Shown: positions 17,159 through 26,259, counted from the first letter of the stretch. The stretch is 55,012 nucleotides of DNA from an uncultured Gammaproteobacteria bacterium (GCA_964360265.1 CAYHUY010000003.1:1-55012), one strand, 5' to 3'. A program made the numbers and translations. Notes: generated from the sequence alone by a model not told the origin.

Positions 17159-18262
17159 ATGAACAAACTTTATAATAAAGAATTTTACTTTTATCTGGCA
17201 GGGGAGTTCAAGCGGTATTTGCGCTTCCTTAATATATACCTCAAGGACAAACTCCTATTTTTTTATCAAGGCTTTGAAGATTCAAAAGGCGTTCTAATAA
17301 GGAATGTGCTAATTAAGAGGGGAAAGCGCAATCGCATATTTCTTCACGTTTCTGCTATGACTATTTTAACAGTAGGAGTTGTGGTTTCGCCTTTTATCTC
17401 AGATACCAACCTTTTTGGTCAGGGATATAATTTATCTTTTGCACAAAGCTTAGATAAGCAATCAATTACAAGCTTTGACGTATTTGATACAAAAGAGTCG
17501 GATAAACCAAGGAGCGAGATTATTGAATATACAGTACAAAACGGCGATACAATATCAACAATTGCTAAAAAATTCGGAGTATCAGAAGATACAATAAAAT
17601 GGGAAAACGGCTTAAAATCCGACAGGATAACAACAGGAGATAGTCTGCGCATTTTACCTGTATCGGGTATTGCCTATAAGGTCGTTAGGGGAGATACGGT
17701 TTATACTATAGCCAAGAAATACAGCGCCTACGCTCAAGCGATAGCTGATTTTCCATTCAATGATTTTGCCAATCCCCAGACATTTTCGCTTGTGGAAGGA
17801 CAAATCCTAATAGTTCCTGAGGGCGTTCCTCCAAAAGAAGTACCCGTAATGATCCGCCCACGCTACATTGCCACAGGTCCTGTAACGGTAGGCGCCTCAG
17901 GTTTTACATGGCCAGTGAAAGGTACAATAAATCAGGGATATGCATGGTATCACCCAGGAATTGATATAGGAGCACCAACTGGTACACCTGTAGTTTCAGC
18001 AACTTCAGGGACCGTTTCCGAGGTTTACACAGGCGGTTGGAATGGAGGGTACGGAATACATGTCATAATTTCGGGAGCCAACGGCTATACAACCCTTTAT
18101 TCTCACCTTTCAGGAGTAAATGTTTCGCCCGGACAAAAGGTCGTGGCCGGAAATACTGTAATAGGTTGGGTAGGCTTAACAGGAAGAACAACAGGACCAC
18201 ACCTTCATTTTGAAATTAGAGGAAGCGCAGGATTCCTCAGTCCACTTGGAATCATGCAATAA
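17159..18262 (+). CDS. LysM-domain M23 family metallopeptidase
   Basis: N-terminal TM, two LysM repeats (YTVQNGDTISTIAKKFGV; YKVVRGDTVYTIAKKY) and M23 motifs (HPGIDIGAP...YSHLS...GPHLHFEI). Confidence 0.85.
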   Translation: MNKLYNKEFYFYLAGEFKRYLRFLNIYLKDKLLFFYQGFEDSKGVLIRNVLIKRGKRNRIFLHVSAMTILTVGVVVSPFISDTNLFGQGYNLSFAQSLDKQSITSFDVFDTKESDKPRSEIIEYTVQNGDTISTIAKKFGVSEDTIKWENGLKSDRITTGDSLRILPVSGIAYKVVRGDTVYTIAKKYSAYAQAIADFPFNDFANPQTFSLVEGQILIVPEGVPPKEVPVMIRPRYIATGPVTVGASGFTWPVKGTINQGYAWYHPGIDIGAPTGTPVVSATSGTVSEVYTGGWNGGYGIHVIISGANGYTTLYSHLSGVNVSPGQKVVAGNTVIGWVGLTGRTTGPHLHFEIRGSAGFLSPLGIMQ

Positions 18263-18264
18263 GC

Positions 18265-20370
18265 CTATTCGGCTGATTTTGTGGCTTTCTCTTCCTCTTC
18301 CGGAGGAGGGGAAATTAAGATAGGTGGTTTTTGAGGAGGAAGCTTTGCCGAAGGAGTAGAAATCTCAAGAGGTGTCTGATCACCTCCTGTTTGTACTTGT
18401 TGTTCGTTTATGGTGGTTTTGCCAATTTTTGCTTCAAGACTCTCTATCTTTGCATTAATTATATCGAGGTTTGTTTCATTGCCTTGAGATAATTGTTTTA
18501 CTGTCCTGTAGGCTGCAAGAGCATTTGTAAAATCTCCCTTTTGTTCAAGCGCGTTGCCTAGATTATAATACGCATTAGCAAAATCTCGCTTCAGATTTAT
18601 TGCAACCTGAAACTGGTTTTGCGCCGCATCGAAATTTCCTAGCTGATAGTAGATTCCTCCAAGTTGGATATATAGCTGTGGGTTAAATGGGTCAAGCGCG
18701 ATCGCTTGATTCATTGAGGAGATAGCAAATTGTTCTGCATTCTGTCCCACATTTATTAAAGCTCTATATATCTGTGCAAGGTTTTGCCAATGAACAGAAT
18801 TAAGAGGAGATAGAATTACTGCATTTCTTGCCGAGTTAATGCTTTGTTGAAGAAGGGAAACAATATTTTGCTGAACCTGGGCGCTTGGAGATGACCCCGG
18901 CTGAACACCTTGTGAAAGGGAGTTTGCGACCGCAAGATTTATTTGGGAAAAAACTCTATGATAATCCGCTCTTTGCGGGAAGTCGGAAATTGCTTGAGCT
19001 TGAAGCTGATAAGTCTTTTGTCCATTATTCTGCCTTGCATGTTTAAAAGATTCAGCAAAGGCAAAATCTGACATAGCAAATTTGTACGTATAAAACCCCG
19101 CAAAACCAGAAATCAAGATAACTAAAATAAATACTATTCCTGGCAAGATCGGACTTTCAGATCGGGATTCTCGTTTTCCTTCTGGAGTTGTTTCAAAAGA
19201 GAACATCCCGCTTTTAGTGAGTACCGTAGCGAGTGTCACATCTGATACTCTTCTGTCCTCGTTAACATTAAGATAGGATATGTAAATTGCAAGTAATATA
19301 AAAAGTAGAACTACGGATACATAAGATAGGGGAAGTATTATTGATAAAAAACACATCACGATAACAGGTATAAAAAAGGGATTTTTAGCGCTTTTTAATT
19401 TTAGCAATGAAAAGATTATGGCAATAAAGGAGATGGCACCTGCGAGTCCCGTTGTTGCAATGAGTTCAAGAAAGTATGACGAGGAAAAGCCAAAATTCAA
19501 ATTCCAAATGTTTGTGAGATTGAATGCCGGAAGCTTAAACCTTGTAAAATCAACCAGGAAGGTGCCATACCCCGAGCCAAAAATAAGAGACAGAATGAAA
19601 CGCGGCGAGTCTTGACTAATTGTTGCTAAAGCTGTTTGAAATCCATATATATAAGGAAGGACAATTGGCTTATTGGGTAAGAAAATGAGTTGATAGGTGA
19701 TAAGTGAAACGCCTGCGAGGCAAGCAAGTGCTGCCACCAATTGAATAAAAAATCCTACATCAGTTTTAATTACTTGGGAAATCATAATTTTTGGAAAATT
19801 AACAGCTTTAGCAATATAAAATACTGAAAAAATCAAAATTGGAATAAGGTATATTAAGTGCTGAATGGGAGATCCGTAAGTATTAAAGAATTGATTTTTT
19901 ATTTCGGGTATTGGCAAAAAATAGAAATTTGTAAAATATGCTATTGTAATGAGTGAAGATGCAGCCGCGCCAAGAACAAGACTTGCGAGCACAAAAGAGA
20001 AGGAGCGTTTATCGCGGATTGTGTTGACTATTAAAAAGAAGAAGATAATAGCAAAAACAACCGGAATCGCCTGGATTAGAGAATCATACCTATTTCTTGA
20101 CAGCAGAGTAGATACTATTAATACTGCGGCAAAAGTTAGAACAGGAAGATTTAGGGAATGAACAGTAAGTACAATTTTCCGCTCAATTAAAATCTTTACT
20201 CCCCAAACTACCAGCAAAATAATTACCGAACCAACGATCAACAGTTGTTTTGGAATAGTAAAAAAGTCCGTTGTGTTTACAAGAAATAGTATTGGGAGGA
20301 AAAAGAGAGTAAGTGATATGATTACAACGGATAAAATTGTTAAATTCTCAAGAGCCCCCTGTTTTTCCAT
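18265..20370 (-). CDS. O-antigen ligase-like polytopic membrane protein with C-terminal TPR repeats
   Basis: 701-aa ORF with about 12 TM helices, then TPR units (ALDPFNPQLYIQLGGIYYQLGNFDAAQNQFQVAINLKRDFANAYYNLGNALEQKGDF). Confidence 0.65.
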   Translation of the reverse strand: MEKQGALENLTILSVVIISLTLFFLPILFLVNTTDFFTIPKQLLIVGSVIILLVVWGVKILIERKIVLTVHSLNLPVLTFAAVLIVSTLLSRNRYDSLIQAIPVVFAIIFFFLIVNTIRDKRSFSFVLASLVLGAAASSLITIAYFTNFYFLPIPEIKNQFFNTYGSPIQHLIYLIPILIFSVFYIAKAVNFPKIMISQVIKTDVGFFIQLVAALACLAGVSLITYQLIFLPNKPIVLPYIYGFQTALATISQDSPRFILSLIFGSGYGTFLVDFTRFKLPAFNLTNIWNLNFGFSSSYFLELIATTGLAGAISFIAIIFSLLKLKSAKNPFFIPVIVMCFLSIILPLSYVSVVLLFILLAIYISYLNVNEDRRVSDVTLATVLTKSGMFSFETTPEGKRESRSESPILPGIVFILVILISGFAGFYTYKFAMSDFAFAESFKHARQNNGQKTYQLQAQAISDFPQRADYHRVFSQINLAVANSLSQGVQPGSSPSAQVQQNIVSLLQQSINSARNAVILSPLNSVHWQNLAQIYRALINVGQNAEQFAISSMNQAIALDPFNPQLYIQLGGIYYQLGNFDAAQNQFQVAINLKRDFANAYYNLGNALEQKGDFTNALAAYRTVKQLSQGNETNLDIINAKIESLEAKIGKTTINEQQVQTGGDQTPLEISTPSAKLPPQKPPILISPPPEEEEKATKSAE

Positions 20371-20386
20371 AAAAGCTTAATATGAA

Positions 20387-20416
20387 ACTTTATCAAAGAT
20401 TTGAAGATATTGTCAA
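20387..20416 (-). promoter_or_regulatory. candidate promoter TTGACA, 18-nt spacer, TAAAGT for the 701-aa gene
   Basis: -35 at 20416-20411 and -10 at 20392-20387 on the minus strand. The -35 box lies in the left arm of the 20410-20460 inverted repeat. Confidence 0.4.
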
Positions 20417-20460
20417 GCCCCCGCTCGCAAGCGCGCTCCGCTTCTAGCGGGGGTTGACAA
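20410..20460. repeat. inverted repeat TTGTCAAGCCCCCGCT ... AGCGGGGGTTGACAA carrying the -35 boxes of two divergent promoters
   Basis: The arms are 20410-20425 and 20446-20460, with a GC-rich centre. Confidence 0.75.
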
Positions 20461-20482
20461 GCATAGGTAAGTTTACTAATCT
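20454..20482 (+). promoter_or_regulatory. promoter TTGACA, 17-nt spacer, TAATCT; ATG 8 nt downstream
   Basis: TTGACA at 20454-20459 and TAATCT at 20477-20482. The pilin start is at 20491. Confidence 0.55.
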
Positions 20483-20490
20483 AAATCAAT

Positions 20491-21024
20491 ATGGGAATCT
20501 TGACCACAAAGTTATCAAGAGAAGGTGTCACTTTAGTTGAATTAGTAATAGTAATTGCAATTCTTGCAGTGCTTGTATCGGTTGTTTCTTTTGCTTTTAA
20601 TCCACTTACTCAAATTGAAAAAGCAAGAAACGCGCAGCGCCAAAGTGATATACGAGAAATTCGTAATGCCCTTGAGACTTATTATCAGGATAAAAATTGT
20701 TTTCCAATAGCGCGTGACTTTTCGACGATACTTGCCTTAAACGGTGAGTGGTCAGAGAACGAAGGTAGGACATTCTATCTCAAAAAGGTGTCTGCGGGTC
20801 TTGGAAGCTTAGCCTACGTCTATAAAGCACAATCACAAAATTGTCCTCAGTGGGCAGTGATTTTTGCAAAGCTATCCATTATGTCAGAAGATAAAAACGT
20901 TTGCCCGTTATCTCACAATCCTGAATGTGCGCCGCAAGGATTCGATGGAACTTGGGCTTGCGTTACTTTAGGATCCCCTGATTGTCAGGATCTTTCGACT
21001 AGAAATTTATACATAAATTTATAG
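20491..21024 (+). CDS. type IV pilin-like protein (prepilin-type N-terminal cleavage/methylation domain)
   Basis: The N-terminus ...REG/VTLVELVIVIAILAVLVSVV has Glu at +5 after the predicted cleavage site. The C-terminal domain is Cys-rich. Confidence 0.7.
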   Translation: MGILTTKLSREGVTLVELVIVIAILAVLVSVVSFAFNPLTQIEKARNAQRQSDIREIRNALETYYQDKNCFPIARDFSTILALNGEWSENEGRTFYLKKVSAGLGSLAYVYKAQSQNCPQWAVIFAKLSIMSEDKNVCPLSHNPECAPQGFDGTWACVTLGSPDCQDLSTRNLYINL

Positions 21025-21041
21025 TCGTTATTCCACAATAT

Positions 21042-24000
21042 TTAATTCACTATTATCCAGTTGAATTTAATGTCTGTTGTAGTTGATGGAATATTTATGC
21101 CGACCGTAAATGAACCTTCCGCCCCCGCCTGCAAAGGATCTTCCGCTGTCTGTCTCAAAAGATATAAAACCCTACCATTTGTATTCCCAACAGGCGTTAT
21201 ATAGATCAATGAGTTTTCGGTAACATTTTGATTCTTGATGGTAATCTCACCTCTATATTGTTTTACGATCGCCGCTCCGGCTGATCCAGAAGCCACGGCT
21301 TCGATATCAGAAATGGCGAGAGCCTGCCTGGCTAGCGATAGATTTAATTTATTGAATGTACCGGAACCCGAAGCAACAAGTGCACCCCTAACATCAACTA
21401 ACGTGTCATCGTAAATCCCGTCCGCGGCGCTTGTTGCGGTCCCAGATTTGATAATAAGATTTTGGTTAGGTAGAGGAGAAATTATGTTCGCAGAAAGTGT
21501 CCCTCTAATGCTTACGTTGGAGGCAAATTCTGCGCTATTCAAAACCTTAAGCGTTCCATCTGTTTCAATCCTTACGTACCCTGCCATAAATGATATCGAG
21601 CCTTGTTTAAGCGGTTGAATTTCAAGAGTTTCGGAAAGTGTATTAATCGAATTCGGTCCGATCAGAAGCGTGGTGCCAACAGACATGCTATCAAGAGCAG
21701 TTATTTGATTAAATGTTGCAGGACCAAAAGCTATCAAACCCGATCGTATTGTAGCAAAATCTGCCGAAAGATTTTTTATGTCTAAGAAATCAAATTCTCC
21801 GCCTAAACTTGACACGTTATACGTGTTGCTTGATATTGATCCCGCAGCAATACTGGCGATCTTGGCTTCCAGTCCATCAATCGAATTAGCTTGGATCCGA
21901 TCAGCGTACAATGTTCCTGAAATTGTAGCCTGGTTAGCACTCAAATTATCGGTTGCTAATTCTCCCGATATTGAGGCACCGTTCGAACTCAAAATACCAG
22001 AGAACGTGGCCCGCCTCGCTTCGAGATCTCCGGCGAAGCGGGCATTCCCGGTATTATCAATTGATGCAACAACAGCTGAATCGCTAGCGCTCGAATTTTT
22101 AATTTCCAGTTTCGAATTTGCAAGATCAATAGCAATGTTCGATCCATCCGCAAGAGGAGATATGATATTGGTTCGGATTTGATCAATTGAGGCAAGAGGA
22201 GAAACAATAGATTCGCCAGTATTGAGTATTGAGTATTCAGTATTCAGTATAATTGCAACAGTAGATGCGATATAGTCGGAAAGACTTTGTCCTGCAATAG
22301 TTACAGAATCCGTAGCGACATTAAGACTAGATGCAAAAACATTACCTGCGTTTATCACTCCAAGAGTAAGGCTCTCAAGTTCTCCGGCGATACTTTTATG
22401 ATATGTGGAGCTATCTATATATACTATAATTTTTCCGATGCCATTTGCGTTGTAGTCTGCAAGCGCAAAGCCCGCTATTTTACCAGATCTGGTTGCTTTC
22501 ATACCAACACCTGGGATTGATGAGGACGTTATAGGATCGCCGATTTGAATCGGACCATTCTCAACTGAAACCTTAAGATGCACGCGGCCGGATAACGCCA
22601 CCGCGCGAGGATTTTTGGCGTAATCGTATATGTCCCTTCCAAAAGTTTGATAAGGACTCGATGAAACTATACCTATTATATTATTTTGATACGGTTCAGT
22701 TGATTCGGTCAGGATCGCAATTTGAGATTCAACTTTGCCCGCTAGTTCTCCGCTTTCCGGATTGGTTTTTTGGGCCATATAGGTTATCTTATTATTTGTC
22801 GCAACAAGAATTTCCGCTTCTTGTGCTCCGGCGGTTGTTTCATACCATTCGGCGATATCTGCAGGTGCACCCGAGCATGCGACAATATCACGATCAGCAA
22901 ATGTTCCATCGGAGTTTGCGCCCGAGTGACAGAGGCCGTTAGTTGTTGCAGGTTCGTTGGCATCTAATCTGATGTCGCCATTGACTTCCAATTCTTGACC
23001 TGGCACACTCACGCCAATTCCAACTTTTCCGCTTCCTCCTAAAGCGCTTAGAATAATATTTCCTGTACTTGTTCCTCCTATGGTAAGAGTATTATTATTG
23101 AGAGACTGTATTGTTGCAGTTGATGCATTAAGCGATAGTCCGTTGCTATTTATAGTAGCAAATATGGAAACCATTGGATTACCATTGCCAACTCCTGTTA
23201 TCGCAAATTCAGCACTTGCGGTTGCCCGTGAACCAATCAAGAGATCCATAGTGGAGTTATTAGAAAATAACGTTCCTGATCCCTGACCCCAAGCTAAATC
23301 ACAAGTGCCCCACAAGGGGTTTCTATCCCCCGAGAGAAGACAAAGTGATGGAGCGGAAGTGATTGCTTGACTAAGTATACCCGTGCCATTAGAGCCGTAT
23401 AAAACCCCATTTTTTTCTGTAAAGGCCGGTAATATTATCTCTTGACCCAACCGACCCAGAGAGAGAGTTGTTGCCAACGTACCTCCAATGCTCAGAGTTC
23501 CGGTTGAAATAGTGTCAAGCAAAGCTCCTGCTGCAAAACTTATGTCGCCATCGTTTGCTATTACGAAACGATTCGTGCCCGATGATGAAGCTGTGAAAAT
23601 ATCCCCACCAGTTGTATCGTTATTGATAACAAAAGCCGCGACGGCTGATTCTGTTGCAAGCACACTCATCTTATCATTAATCTCAACAGAACCGGGGGCG
23701 AGATTTCCAGTTGCGCTCGTATTAACTAATGGTTTTTCAATATTTATTCTGCCAATTCCATCTGGAATAATATTAATATCCCCATCAGAACTGTCTTCGG
23801 TTGCAAGGACTAAGGTTTTTCCGGAAATCTTAAATCGCCCACCGGTTGCGGCAAAAGTGGGATTAGCAGACCCTGCAAAAGTTAAATTGCCGGATGAATC
23901 AAGAGCCAAAATAACATTTTTACCTTTGGGAGAATCTGTAATAGGCAACATTCCCTGAAGAGTTTCGGAATTTTTGGCATAGGACACAGAAGGGAGTTTC

Positions 24001-25553
24001 TCGCGGGGCGCAAGTTCTGGCGTCTGCCCAATTGTTATACCAAGATATAGGGAGTCATAGTCGCGAAATATAGTTGCCGGCATACTATTCTTACTGCCGA
24101 GTAGTACAGAAAACTCACCGTTTTCGTCTGGAATTATACTTTGCCGTACTTCCTGCCAAAGAAGAGCGGATCCTGAGGCAGTCTCGCCGTTATAGATAGC
24201 AAATCTTAAATCAGCTTCGCTTGTGATTGGTTTATCATTATTGTCAATAAGCGTTCCATGAAATGAAAGTATTCTTGATACGGCTGTGGGTAAGGCGGAT
24301 GCTATTTGTTTACGTGCTTCAGGGAAAAGACCCGAATAAACAACGAAACCTAAAGCTGAAGCATAAATCACAAGGATGGTAAAATGAAAATAGTGCACGA
24401 TTGAATAACTATGATATCTTTTGTACCATTTTGGTCTTGTATACTTAGCATGATGTATTATTTTTTTTTGCCAGGAAAGGCCAACTAAGGAAATTTCATT
24501 GGGGGCATACATTGCCTTTGGAATATTAGACACGGGAGCAAAGAGGCTCTGGTTCAGTTTTGATGCATTTTGGCGCAGCCGTCCATACGGTACCCGGCGG
24601 AGACGACTATTATTAATTGAACGGGCGATATAAGAGGCGATCGAATCTTCAAGACTAAAATATGGCACTAGCAGTTTCTGTAGTAGTCTGATAGGAGGAA
24701 TCCGGGAGTGCCTTGAGTCTTGGATCTTACTTGCTCGGTCTTGGATTTGTTTAAAATCCCCAAGACTTAATCCCTTTTTTAAAACTGCCTGCCCACCAAT
24801 GCTAGACGTTTGCAGGCGGGGAAATTGGTCCGCCAGCCGGCGAATGAAAATTGGAAATTGTTCCAGGTGGCCTTGTGCCTGCGCAAACCGCAGATATTTT
24901 CTTATTGAGGATAATTTTCTATTAATGCTTCTAGGAGAAAGGTTAAGAATTGATATAAGGCTTTCTTTATAGTTATCAATAGCCACATTAGTAATTAGTT
25001 TGATATAGTCTTTTACGTTTACTCCCGCAGGTTGATCCGCCAGCTGGCGGATTCGGCTTTCTTTAATCCAGGAAGTAAATGCTCTTATGTCTGCAAGATA
25101 ATTTTTGATTGTAGATTTTGATCCACCATAAATATACAAATAGTCCTTAAACTCTTTTAAAAACCAGGGGTCAAAATCCTTATTGGAGATTTCCGACTCG
25201 CGATTGATGATTTCAAAAGGATTTTGAGAAATAAGTCCTTCTCCGGCTATAAATTCGGCGAATTTACGAAGCGTAGAGAGGTAGCGCTCAAATGAACGAG
25301 CGGGAGAAGGATTAACGATTGACGACCTGCCTGCCGGCGAGGCAGGTTCATGATTAACAATTTGGCCGCCTTGGGTTTTTGTGAAAAGGGTTACAACCTC
25401 TGCTGTTAAATCAGATGGCTGAAATGTTGTTGAAAAAGAGAATTCAAACCAAGAGAGGAAGCGGCGCAAATCAGAAACATAATTCTTAGCGGTCAAGGAT
25501 GATACCTTCCCGCGTATTAGGAGATAATTTCTAAATAATTCCAGCAATGGCAT
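21042..25553 (-). CDS. giant single-pass surface protein with a cytoplasmic N-terminus of recombinase core-binding (SAM-like) type repeats
   Basis: 1503-aa ORF. The N-terminal ~380 aa carry three modules resembling the tyrosine-recombinase N-terminal domain (LTAKNYVSDLRRFLSWF; STIKNYLADIRAFTSWI; RSINRKLSSIRKYLRFA), with no catalytic domain. One TM follows (IVHYFHFTILVIYASALGFVVYSGLF), then ~1100 aa of Gly/Thr/Ser/Asn-rich beta-type repeats. It is paralogous to the ORF at 53734. Confidence 0.85.
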   Translation of the reverse strand: MPLLELFRNYLLIRGKVSSLTAKNYVSDLRRFLSWFEFSFSTTFQPSDLTAEVVTLFTKTQGGQIVNHEPASPAGRSSIVNPSPARSFERYLSTLRKFAEFIAGEGLISQNPFEIINRESEISNKDFDPWFLKEFKDYLYIYGGSKSTIKNYLADIRAFTSWIKESRIRQLADQPAGVNVKDYIKLITNVAIDNYKESLISILNLSPRSINRKLSSIRKYLRFAQAQGHLEQFPIFIRRLADQFPRLQTSSIGGQAVLKKGLSLGDFKQIQDRASKIQDSRHSRIPPIRLLQKLLVPYFSLEDSIASYIARSINNSRLRRVPYGRLRQNASKLNQSLFAPVSNIPKAMYAPNEISLVGLSWQKKIIHHAKYTRPKWYKRYHSYSIVHYFHFTILVIYASALGFVVYSGLFPEARKQIASALPTAVSRILSFHGTLIDNNDKPITSEADLRFAIYNGETASGSALLWQEVRQSIIPDENGEFSVLLGSKNSMPATIFRDYDSLYLGITIGQTPELAPREKLPSVSYAKNSETLQGMLPITDSPKGKNVILALDSSGNLTFAGSANPTFAATGGRFKISGKTLVLATEDSSDGDINIIPDGIGRINIEKPLVNTSATGNLAPGSVEINDKMSVLATESAVAAFVINNDTTGGDIFTASSSGTNRFVIANDGDISFAAGALLDTISTGTLSIGGTLATTLSLGRLGQEIILPAFTEKNGVLYGSNGTGILSQAITSAPSLCLLSGDRNPLWGTCDLAWGQGSGTLFSNNSTMDLLIGSRATASAEFAITGVGNGNPMVSIFATINSNGLSLNASTATIQSLNNNTLTIGGTSTGNIILSALGGSGKVGIGVSVPGQELEVNGDIRLDANEPATTNGLCHSGANSDGTFADRDIVACSGAPADIAEWYETTAGAQEAEILVATNNKITYMAQKTNPESGELAGKVESQIAILTESTEPYQNNIIGIVSSSPYQTFGRDIYDYAKNPRAVALSGRVHLKVSVENGPIQIGDPITSSSIPGVGMKATRSGKIAGFALADYNANGIGKIIVYIDSSTYHKSIAGELESLTLGVINAGNVFASSLNVATDSVTIAGQSLSDYIASTVAIILNTEYSILNTGESIVSPLASIDQIRTNIISPLADGSNIAIDLANSKLEIKNSSASDSAVVASIDNTGNARFAGDLEARRATFSGILSSNGASISGELATDNLSANQATISGTLYADRIQANSIDGLEAKIASIAAGSISSNTYNVSSLGGEFDFLDIKNLSADFATIRSGLIAFGPATFNQITALDSMSVGTTLLIGPNSINTLSETLEIQPLKQGSISFMAGYVRIETDGTLKVLNSAEFASNVSIRGTLSANIISPLPNQNLIIKSGTATSAADGIYDDTLVDVRGALVASGSGTFNKLNLSLARQALAISDIEAVASGSAGAAIVKQYRGEITIKNQNVTENSLIYITPVGNTNGRVLYLLRQTAEDPLQAGAEGSFTVGINIPSTTTDIKFNWIIVN
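22218..22250. repeat. heptanucleotide tandem repeat (AGTATTG)x2 (AGTATTC)x2 plus a partial copy
   Basis: Read directly. It encodes NTEYSILNTG inside the giant ORF. Related TACTTAATACT-type units occur in the spacers at 27250-27315, 29070-29100 and 38293-38330. Confidence 0.85.
24788..24821. repeat. inverted-orientation copy of the CCCGCCTGCA...GCGGGCAGG palindrome family
   Basis: cctgcccaccaatgctagacgtttgcaggcgggg. It is translated here as PRLQTSSIGGQA in the cytoplasmic part of the giant ORF. Confidence 0.75.
25037..25050. repeat. perfect 14-bp palindrome CCGCCAGCTGGCGG (encodes RQLADQ); a related copy lies at 24830-24842 (RRLADQ)
   Basis: Self-complementary as read, and the peptide motif LADQ occurs twice. 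Confidence 0.8.
25326..25346. repeat. CCTGCCTGCCGGCGAGGCAGG palindrome inserted in-frame, flanked by an 11-bp direct repeat
   Basis: GATTAACGATT (25310-25320) and GATTAACAATT (25352-25362) are 42 nt, or 14 codons, apart. The protein shows IVN...IVN duplicated around HEPASPAGRSS. Confidence 0.8.
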
Positions 25554-26259
25554 GGCGATTATAATTTACACGGAATCCCGTGAAAATTAAGAAAAAATAA
25601 TTTACGGTAGTCCTCAATTTCTATTAGCTTCGGGATTATACTGATTATACGGTTTATACGTGCTTCTTTTAAGAGTAAGCTATTATTTATGATTTTGTCA
25701 ATAACCTAGAGTATTTTGCGTGAACATATATGATGTGTTTTGATGCTGTATAATTTAGCGATTGGTGTAGTGAAATCTAGCCTTGAATGTTATCGCATCG
25801 GCTTTTCATAGATTCTCAAAATAGCATTATCCCATTACGTTAATATATCTAATCAGATACAAATATATCAAATCCTCCAATTTATTCTTTGATGGGTTAC
25901 GATGCCTTTGCGGTTAATTGTTTTTGGCCGAATTTACTCACATCAGTAATTCAAAAATCATGGAATAACTATATGTTATTATTTTTTTACCTCTTCCAAA
26001 ATGTATTTCCCTTTTCATGTCATTATGTCAAATAAGACATTTGAGTGCCAAGTATGCAAGTACGCTATTTTTCCAATAAGTACTTATCTATTTTAGATAT
26101 GTGGTTTATTTGATGATCAATATTAATAATAGCTTAGCCTTAGAAGGTGAGATATTATTTGATTGCCCTTTTTATTTAAAGAAGATCTACAGACATTTAC
26201 TCTGAGACTAAAAATATTATTGTTTTCAATCATTCCTGAGGCGAATTGAGGCAAGTTTG

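Noticed and set aside
21778-23958. Plus-strand ORFs 21778-22182 (134 aa) and 23488-23958 (156 aa)
   Set aside because: They are antisense to the repetitive Gly/Ser/Thr-rich ectodomain of the 1503-aa ORF. The codon periodicity of that gene explains the open antisense frames, and there are no promoters or motifs.
21042-25553. Interpreting the recombinase-like N-terminal modules, together with the excisionase-type HTH genes at 43597 and 53734, as evidence of a prophage or integrative element
   Set aside because: No tyrosine-recombinase catalytic domain, other integrase, phage structural gene or att-like repeat pair accompanies them. The modules are fused to membrane proteins.
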